A DNA stretch of 54,975 nt from Saprolegnia diclina VS20. Taxonomy: Eukaryota. The DNA lies in assembly GCF_000281045.1 (NCBI RefSeq), contig NW_008246122.1, positions 106,807 to 161,781 on the forward strand, read 5' to 3'. The notes below the pieces were generated by a model. The model saw nothing but the letters and a program-made list of their open reading frames with translations. It was not told the DNA's origin and ran no database searches. Within the stretch, counting starts at the first letter, position 1. Each line of letters begins with the position of its first letter. This document shows, in pieces, positions 45,752-54,975 of the stretch. The translations under genes were made by a program, and so were the position numbers.

Positions 45752-47540
45752 ATGCAAGATTGTGGTGTCGAGATGTTTAAAAAAACAAAAAATCCCGTAG
45801 CGCGTCCGTTTCAGGTTAGCGCGATGGACATTGTCGGCAAGATCGGAGCGTACTTTGCCAACCATGAAGCTCAAATGCGCCTCGTCATGCAGCACGCACG
45901 GGATCGCACGCGCGCCATCGCCACCCCCGAGCTCGATGATGACGACGACCCGATTGACCGTGCGTCGCGGCTGCTCGACAAGTGCCTCGACTCGTTCGAA
46001 GCCTCTGTGGTTGCCCCGCTCTCGGCTCGGTCCCCGCGGCCCTCGCCGCGCCACGCACGGCCACTCTCGCCACCGGTCCCCGAAGTCAAACCCGCGACAA
46101 CACCTCGCAAGCCCAAGCGCCTCAAGCGCAAGAAACCAAGGTAGCAGACGATTCGCACGCGTGTCCTGATCGCAGAGTAGGGCTCCATCGGCTGTCAAAG
46201 CCGCCGAAGCTGCCAAAGCCGCCGAGCTCGCGGCCATCAAGCAAAAGCTCGTGGACGACGCCATTTCCGTGACCAAGGAACGCGCGCGGAAAATTCAGGT
46301 GTGACGAGGCCGACGTACAGAGGGTCATTGGCTTTTGGGACATCATAGATGGACAAGGAGTTGCGCTTGAAGGCCGAGGCCGCGCTGGCCGCAGAGCAGC
46401 AGTCGCGCCGTGAGGCACAGCTGCAGCAAATCGAATCCATTCGGAAACAAGCGTTCCGACCAGTGCCTGCGCCAGCGTCTCCGAACCAAGTGCCGTCGCC
46501 GCGGCAACCAGTGCCACCACGCGTGCTCACGGATGCGTGGAGCGAGCGCGTCCCTCCCCGCCGCCACACCATCCTCGGGCTTCGAAAGTCCGCCAAACAC
46601 ACGACCCCTAGCCCTGTTTGTGTTGCGACATGGGAATTTGCAGGCCATTTATCAATACATAGGCAATGGCTAACAAGCACAGTCGCAGCGCAAGTTTCTC
46701 GCACTTGGCCGCTTCCATGCCCCATTCCCCGCCGTCTGAGCCGATTCGACCGACGACACCCTCGCCACGGATCGATCCCATGACCAAGTTTGGCCCCATC
46801 CAGGGTCCGTCAACACCCTCCGCAATGCTTACATTTTGTGTTTTGATTAGAGAACGTGTCGAGTACGCCATTTCTCGATCGAATCGAGCACTTGGAGCAG
46901 TACCGTGCACAGCGAGCCTCCGAGGCAGCGATCGAGGCGCAACACCGCGCCGATGTGGCCGCAGCACAGGCGGCGCAGCAACGCCGAATGGACCTGGCGT
47001 GCGACGCCAAAGTGCAGCAAAACCTCGACCTCGACCGCCACCGACAGCTGCTGGAAGCCCAGAAAACGGCGCTCGAAGCCTCGCTCCAAGCGTTGCACGT
47101 ACGCCACCTCTCAGTCCTTCCTGGTGTTGGATAGCTCGATGTAGACCGAGTCGTCGCAGCTGCGCTCGGAGCGCCACAAGATTGCAATGGAGCGGCGGGT
47201 GGCTCGGCGGGCGGTACAATCAAGATTCATCAACACGCGTGACGCCAATGTGCCGTAGGCGGTCAAGTCCAACAACAGCGATGACGCATCGGCGTCGTCG
47301 TCCGACCTCCAAGGGTGGGTGCAAGATGAGAAAGACCGGGCAAATCAAGCGGCCAAAGCACGGGCCGAGGCCAAGCGCCGTGTACAAATGCGCCGTGCCG
47401 CCCCCGCCAATATCGGTCCCGAGACCGTCGACGACGCCACCGCATCCTCGACCCCGCGGCACTGGCACGTGAGTCCGCTGCCCCAACCTCGATGGGACGC
47501 TGCGTTTTTCGGCTACAGCAGTGGCTCCGACACCGACTAA
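45752..47540 (+). CDS. Uncharacterised multi-exon coiled-coil/Pro-rich protein (start and internal exons uncertain)
   Basis: Coding-like exons at 45752-46140, 46181-46298, 46349 onward, ~46851-47098 and a last exon ending FFGYSSGSDTD*, separated by GT-AG introns. Confidence 0.6.
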
Positions 47541-47616
47541 CGCCATAGCATACCGACTACAACTGTACTACAAGCTGTACTGCAAGAAACCAACGTGTAC
47601 TCGTTGTACAAAATGC

Positions 47617-50600
47617 TTAGCACGCTCCACGGGTCTCGTCGTCGTGTCTAGTCTCGGTCTCGACAGCAATCTCAATCGCCACCGGCGTCTCCACTTGTGT
47701 TGACTCGCTCGGCGTCGGTTGGTGGTACACGTCCATGGCGTCGGCCGGGTTCGAGTCGAAGCGGAGTTGGTCCAGAACCTGCGGACAGACCGACCGGATG
47801 AGGTCATACGAGAGCGTGAGCACGTCTTGCTGGCTCTGCGCTGACGTGCGCTCGAAAATGCCCTCGGCCGTCATGACCACGAGCAGGTTGTGCAGTGCAT
47901 GCAACGTCGTCTCGTACACTTCGAGCGCCGCGACCGACGTACCCGCGCTTGGCGGCAGCGCCAACTTGGTCGCGAGGCGTCGGAGTACGTTGAGCCAGAG
48001 CGTGTGGAAGCAGTCGAGACCCGAGAGCGTCTGAATGTTGTACAAAAACACCTTGGAGAGGAGCGTGGTCGAGTACAAGCTCAGATCCTTCGAGTCTTTC
48101 GCCGGTCCGTTGCTACTAGACGAGAGGCATATCAGATCTGAGATCTCATTGAACGTGTCGTCGTACCGAGACCGGTCGTCCAGCGTGTAGATGATCTCTT
48201 CAAAGCAGTCCTTCCAGACGACCGGCGCAATCGGGTGGCCTGGCAGCATGAGGCTCCGATACAAACTGTCCCACGCGGTGCGGGCGACCGCGGGACGCTC
48301 GTCTTGGAGGTACGAGAGCAAGATGCGCATGAGGTCGATCCAGCACCCGTCGGCCGCGTCGCTACGCCCACCGCGTCAGAATAGGAATCGATCACGGCGA
48401 AGACTACCTATTGGCCACCGCAAACAAGAGCTTGAGCGCGTCCACCTCCAAGCCCGTGCGCTGGTTGATGAGGCGCATACACACGCCCGTCCAAAGCCCG
48501 ACAATGTCTTTGGCGACCTACAATAGACCAGAGTGTTGTGAACGTCCCACCGCGCACAGGCGACACATACCCCGTCGGCGACGAGCTGCTTGAGCGCGTC
48601 GAGGGTCGCGGGCCATCCGTTCGGGTACTGAGCGACGAGCCCCAGGAGGCTAGGTATGATTGGCGACCCATATTCTTCTATAGAGAGAGAAGATGCATAC
48701 TTGAACAACGTCTCCCACGTCGAAATCGGCATGTCGTGCATGTACATGGCGTTGGCCTTGACGAGCATGTGCAAGCCTGCCGCCAAGCGCTCCGAGAGCA
48801 CTTGCAGCGACGGCGCCTCGAGCTCCTACACATCCCATACATAACTATCAATGTATCAGTCGACAACGTCTCGCACCTTGAGCAAGACAAGCGTGTCGAG
48901 AAGCATAGGGCGCGCTGCGTCGTCATGGAAGAGTCGAATGCACACGCGCAGCACGTTGACGACGACCTATTATCCATTTCGTATCAATCTGTCAACTTGA
49001 AAATAGTCCAATGAGCGACGTACGCGTTCGACGAGCAGCGTCATTTCAAAGTCGGCTTTGCTGTGCAAAATCCGCGCCACGTACGTGTGCACGGCCGGCC
49101 AGAGCGTCGGGAACCGGTGGGTGTTGACGAGCACGAGGTTGATGCCGAGCTCGAGCGCCAAAATCGCGTTTTCCTGCATCATCCAGTCGACAATGCCGGT
49201 CGAGTGCTGGAGCACGCTCTTGAACGGATCGCGCGCTGCGAGAAGACTCTCGAGCAAGCGCAGGCAGCTCTCGTTGCTCAGCTTGCGGCACATGCGGAAC
49301 CACGCGTCGCGCTCGAGGAGGCCGCCGCCGCACGTCGCCACGCAGTCGCGCAGCGCGTTGCTCACGAGCGGGTAGTTCAAGTCGACGTCGTCGTCGTCTT
49401 CGCTCCAGAGATACGACGAGAGCGAGTCCCAAAAGCCGCCCGACGCCACGTTACTCGCGCCTTGCTGCAGATTGCGCTGCTGGCGGTGCGCGGCCTGGCG
49501 CTCAGCGAGCCGACGCGACCGCTCGCGCGTCTTGCCCGAGACGCCCGCGACGAGCGACTAGTCATGGAAAATCAACACTCGAAACTATCATTGTATCGAG
49601 GAACCTGCTGCGCGCGCGGCGAGAGGTGGGCTTGGGCCGGCGGCAGTGGCACGCCGCGCGAGTCGACAAAGTCTACGCACTCTGTAAGCGACGCCACCCA
49701 ACAAAAATGTCGTTGGTCCACGGACCGTCCATTTCGACGAGCGAAGTCGGAGCAATGTCGAGCTCGTTGAAGATGAGAATGCACTCGACCACCGACGTCC
49801 AAGCGTCTTGGCGAAGGCAGTCGGCGTACTTGGCAACAACATCAAAGAGCAGCTGCAGCGTCCGCAGCGTGCGGCTCGTCTTGAGCCCGCTTTGTCTACC
49901 CAATGGCACCGTCACAATACGTCATATTTCCGTAAACAGTCGGCCAGTCTACCGTTCTTCTTCGCGCAAAATCACGTGGACGCTGTCGCCCTTGTCCGAG
50001 CCGGCGCGGCCACGCTTGCTCGCCGAATCCACCGTCGGCAAGTGCACCTACGCCTTGGATGAGCGGCATGTCACTCACGAGTTGCGTACCCGCTCGCCGT
50101 TCATGACGCCGTGCGCAAACTCGACAAAGTACGCGGCAAGCGCAGCAATGAGCTTGTTGACTTCGGGCACCATTTGAAAGTAGATGGCGATCTTGGTCGC
50201 GCTTGCAATGCCGTCCATGGCCTTGGCCATCGTGCTTTCGTCGCCCGTGCGCTCAAACGCCGTGAGAATGCTCGACGTTGTCGTGTCGAGGATGAGCCGA
50301 AACATCTCTCGCTCGTGGCGACCGGCGCGGAGCTTGAGCACGGACGCGTTCGATGTAAATGACGCACCGACCACATTTTGCTGGCGCTTCAAAACGCCTT
50401 CCCACTGCGCCGAGTACCGGTCGACCTACATCACAAGGCATCAGGTTGGCGATATACCATCCAACTCACTGTCGCGATCGCGTCGTCCGTGTTGAGGTCC
50501 GAGACGTCCGTCTGCATTTTGATCTGGTTGGCCTGGAGGTTGTTGTAGAGCGCGACGAGGTACGCGCGCGGTAAGTCTTGTCCGGCGTTGATGCCACGGT

Positions 50601-53132
50601 TGTTGCGCACAAACTCGTCGACCGTCATCTTGCGCTGGATCTGGTCACTAGGTTCGCGATCTCAGATCTGAGACATGCGAAAACAAACTACCTGTGCAAA
50701 TCCGTGTTGAGCATGATGATCGAGAACGACAAGATGAAGGCCGCGTCGGCATCCGCGAGCGGCTGGTCTAGACAGAGGCTTGGATGATTCTTGGCGGAGA
50801 CTGTGCCTACCGAGATTGTCGAGCTGGATCTGGCGATAATACTCTTTTGAAAATGTCTCCATCATCCGGTCAATCTTTTGGGCTTCGCCCGGAAGACGGA
50901 ACTTCGAGAGGCAGAGGCGCAGCGCTTGGTCCAACGTCGTCTTTTTGAAGTCAAACATGCCTACCATCGCACGAAGTTGCGCCATCGGAGACACGAGGAA
51001 GGACGCACCGACGTAGGCGTCGCGGACTTGGGCGTGGAACGGGTACTTGTCCTCGGGTCCTTCGCCGAGGTACTCGCCGACCTTGGTCTTGTCCAGACCT
51101 ACATGAAATTATATATCGAGTGCGACGGACAACGCGTTTGTACCAGGCGTCGTATGGAAGAAGGCAGCGACCGACTCGGCCGTCACGGGATTCGGCAAGA
51201 GCCCGAGTTGCTGCGCGTACGCGACCCAGTTCTTGGGTTCGTTGTGAAACTTGTCGGCCGCCAAACTATACCGCTTCTTGCTCTGCTTGCCTACATTTCT
51301 CTTTTGATACGAGCGACAAAGTCGTTGAATACGTTGCTGGAGGACTTCGGCTGTGCGCTCGCGCGCCGTGTGGAGCCATGCGAGCTGGTCGTTGGGCGAC
51401 CCGCCGAGATGCACGTCAGTCTCCGACTCGGTGTCCGACATGACCATCTGCATGACCTCGCGGATCGAGCTCATGGGCGATATCGTCTACCGTCCTCTCA
51501 GTATACAGAAACGGGGTATGCTCGACACGCACTGGCAGCGACGACGACGGCATCGGGACATCCAGGATCTGCGCGAGGCCGTAGCCCGTGACGTCGGCCA
51601 TCGACGACGCACCGCCAAGCGGGCATCGACGCGCAATCGACTCGAGGACCGCAAGGAGCCTAGAACCCATAGAATCTTTAGCTCGTGAGCACCAAGCGAG
51701 ACGCACCCCTCCAAGGCGAGGAGGTTGAGAATGTTGAAAACCGGCGGCACGTCCGGCGCCACGGACGTGACGTGCGTATTGCGCGCCAGCGCCTTGCAGA
51801 GCACTTCAAATAGGTTGGTGCAGTGCACATCGCAGTCGTAGTTGATGTACAAGTCGAGCATGAGCGCCGGTTCGCGGCAAAATTCTAGTAGACTTTCGAG
51901 TGCGAGCTCCTACGCCAATTTTTTATATTGAGAGATTGATATATGTTGTACCTTTTGCTCGTCCGAGCACGACGGACTGTCAATGATGCGCATGTGGACG
52001 CTCGTAAAGAAGACTTCAAGCTGCACCTTGAGGTGGTCCTTGATCGAGTTGAAGAGGTTAAACACCACGCGCAGCGTTAAACTCAACACCTAGTTTCGAC
52101 TTGATACCTTGATACAACGACAGGGTCACGTACGTGGAGTTCGGTCGTCTCGGAGTTTTGGAGCAGGTACTTGGAGAGGTTGCCCTGGAGTACGTGCACG
52201 AGCGACGGGTGCGCACCGAGGCCCGTGCCCGCGGTCTCGAGCACGAGGTTGATCAAGCTCAGCCCGAGGATCGTCGTGTCTTCCTTCTCCTTGGGCTTGA
52301 TGAGGTCGCTGAGAAACGTCAGGAGTTGCTCGAGGACCGGGATGCCGTAGGGCACAACGACCTCGCTCTCATTGTCCTACGTGCTTGGCTTTGCACTCGC
52401 TTTTGGAGGTGGCGTCTACCTCGCGCTCAGTTTCGTCTTCGTCGGCGCCCAAGACGATCGGGTCCATGTCGGCAATGCGATCAAAGACCGTCAAGATCAC
52501 ATGCGCCAACGTGTTCTCGGCCGTATGACAGAGATGCATCGAGGCGCGCGGCTAGAGCAGCATGAGCATTCTAGCACGTAGACGAGACCAAGTATTACCT
52601 GGCAGCTAATGCTATAGCACGTGTGGACCATCTTCCAAATGTTGTCGCCCGAGATGAGGCGGCCGGCCTCGCAGCGCACGCAGCACTCGAGGAGCTCCAT
52701 GAGCTTCATGAGCACCATCTCGTCGACATCGCGGTGCGTCTCTTCAAAGCGGCAGCGCGAGACGCAGAGCGCGATGCGGTTGATGGCCTCGGTCGCGCGC
52801 AGCCCGTCCGGCGGAATGAGGCCGTAGAGCAGAAACTTGTTGAGGCTCGAGACCGCCGCGCCCGTGATGATGCCGCTCGTCTTCTCGCTCTCGATCACGT
52901 GCACAAAGGGCTCGAGCACATCGAGCGTGTCCACGTCGCTCAGGTCCATGACGCTCTCGAGCTGCACGTGGAGCTCCTTGAAGCGGCGCAAGAGCGGGCT
53001 CTGCGTGTGCGTCGGGATCTCGCGCTTGAAGCGCGAGGTAGACGCCCAGCGCGCATTGACGCGCATGACGCTGAGCACGTTGTGGATCTCGCCCTTCACG
53101 CAGTTGACGCCATTGGGATGCCCATACACCAT
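47617..53132 (-). CDS. GBF1: Large Sec7-domain ARF guanine nucleotide exchange factor, GBF1/GNOM type, multi-exon
   Basis: N-terminal GEIHNVLSVMRVNARW (DCB domain), HUS-box LYINYDCD, Sec7 motif FRLPGEAQKIDRMMETF and SIIMLNTDLH. Confidence 0.92.
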
Positions 53133-54237
53133 CGTCGGTCAAGATGGAAGTTGACGTGGCGGCGACTGGGGCGGCGAAAGTACGCTCTCTTCTAAGTGCG
53201 ATGGTTATTCCACCAATCCACGTCCCCAACGCTGTATTTTTCACTTCTTTTGTCCAATCACATTTGTTGTCATGCGATTTTAGATCGGAGACCATGTAAA
53301 CAAGGTGCAATATCCAGAATCGCACTTAAGAGAAGGCTTTGAATGGAGATGCTTTTTCACCAATGAGCACGCGCCACGGCAACCTGCATCGCGTCCCTAC
53401 ACACACCGAGCGTGGGAAATAGCGAGCGCGTGAAAAAAGTGAAAAAGAAAGCGCGCCAAGCCACTCCATGGGCAGCTTCCCACCGCTCGTCGCTCGGACC
53501 ATAGCGTGTGCGTAGCCTGAAGAGGACCCTTCGCCATCATGCTCCCTCCTGTGAATACAACGCGATTGCGCAACAGTTCTGTTCCATTCTGCAGATCAAA
53601 CGCAAGCATCTCTCAGTTTCGAATGCGGCGCTGCTTCAGCAAAGATGCCGAGCTCTCCAAATGTTGAGGTAAGGACATAAATACATGTATTCACAAGTCC
53701 TTGGTTGAGCGAATGCCGGCAACAGTATCATAGTACCAAGCTCTTTGATGCGTGACGCTGTCCATAGGACCGGACGCGTACATGGCGCTTGCTGCGATGC
53801 TCACCACAATAATCGTCCGACGTCCACGAGCGAGGTGCTTCAATTGTAATACTCTATCTACGATCGGCGCGTCTCGTGCTAGAACCTACTCATCTATAAG
53901 CACCTTTGCCATGAGATCGCTTTGTCGCGGACCGAAGCGCGGACGCTAGGCGATGCCAACGCAACGGAGCAAGCTGCTGCAGTACATGTATTTACATTAG
54001 TTTGAAATAGGTTCATAAGCGCGGGACTTTGGCGCAGTGGCTATTCTCCATATATATATCTATAGCTCCTAGCGCCGTTACGTATACCATACACAAGCAG
54101 GAGGCAATACACGACGTGCATCGACACCCCGGACCGACGCAACGCGATCTTCGGAGCGCTTCCCGGTGGCGCGACTTTATCCGGATACTCCGGATACGCG
54201 ACCAAGTGCAAGGTCCAGGCATTTTCCGACACGCAGC

Positions 54238-54709
54238 ATGCTGGCGCGGTCGACTCGGGCGGTGACGTCGATGGCGGCGACGCGGCGATTGCTGCCGCGC
54301 GCCTTTTCGCTCGCTGGCTTCACCAAGGACGAAGAAGGCATGTACAACATTAGCACCAAGGTCGAGTGGGACGCGATCGTCGCGACGGGCCAGCCGGTCG
54401 TCGGCGACTTTTGGGCGCCGTGGTGCGGCAAGTGCCGGCAGATCTCTGGCTTTGTCGAGATCCTCGCCGAAGACTATCCCAACGTGGTAATAACTTTGTG
54501 CACCGTGGCGGCGCAGGCTCATTGACGTGTACTAGGCCTTTGTCAAGATGAACACGGGCGAAGAGGGCGTCCAAGACATCAAGGCGGCGCTCGACGTGCA
54601 GGTGCTGCCAACCTTCCGCTTCTTCAACGGTGGCGTCGAGGTCGGGACGCCCGTGACCGGCTACAAGAAGACGCCGCTCGAGGAACAGGTCAAGGCGCTC
54701 GCTGCATAG
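54238..54709 (+). CDS. Thioredoxin-family protein with probable mitochondrial presequence (intron 54487-54535)
   Basis: Arg/Ala/Ser-rich leader, VVGDFWAPWCGKC and VQVLPTFRFF (cis-Pro loop), ending at TAG 54707-54709. Confidence 0.88.
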
Positions 54710-54975
54710 TGGCAACTTGCGGAAGTTGGCGGTCGTCAATGTATTCCCGTCAATGATTGCATCCGACTGGACTTGGGCACGGAAGAGCGTGGAAGTTAAA
54801 GTTGGATGTGCGCTGCAGAAGCTGGGCGCAGAGGCAGGACCGCGGTTTCTGGGCCGACCGATGATCGCAAACTCTGAGCAAGAAACGTCGCTTGCCGTCC
54901 ATTGTTGAGGGGCGACCTCTCGATGCGACCTCGTTTGCGGGGCCGCGCTGATGACACAATACCATGGACTTGTGT

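Noticed and set aside
1..54975. Prokaryotic operon or defence-system interpretation
   Set aside because: Spliceosomal introns, eukaryote-specific genes (EAF6, GBF1, bZIP) and eukaryotic transposons show the DNA is eukaryotic.

Overview
Eukaryotic, GC-rich, gene-dense scaffold segment with three N gaps (2466-3290, 17099-17578, 26823-27408). Very short GT-AG introns (about 39-60 nt), oomycete-type Inr/FPR promoter motifs and the gene families present point to an oomycete, probably Saprolegnia-like (inference). In order it holds: three secreted subtilases, two with ricin-B lectin domains; four tandem APC amino-acid permeases with an EAF6 gene between copies 1 and 2; two paralogous helical proteins I cannot assign to a family (20.2-26.0 kb); three related bZIP genes (one double-bZIP, two bZIP plus START-like) flanking a C2-kinase-pseudokinase and tRNA-Ala(UGC); a TA-flanked pogo-like element; an MBOAT acyltransferase; a small conserved protein; a PH-kinase; a deleted hAT transposon with 8-bp TSD; an unknown coiled-coil gene; a GBF1/GNOM-type ARF-GEF; and a thioredoxin with a WCGKC site. 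The best candidates for new biology are the unassigned paralog pair and the bZIP/START module set. Exon boundaries were inferred by eye and no searches were run.
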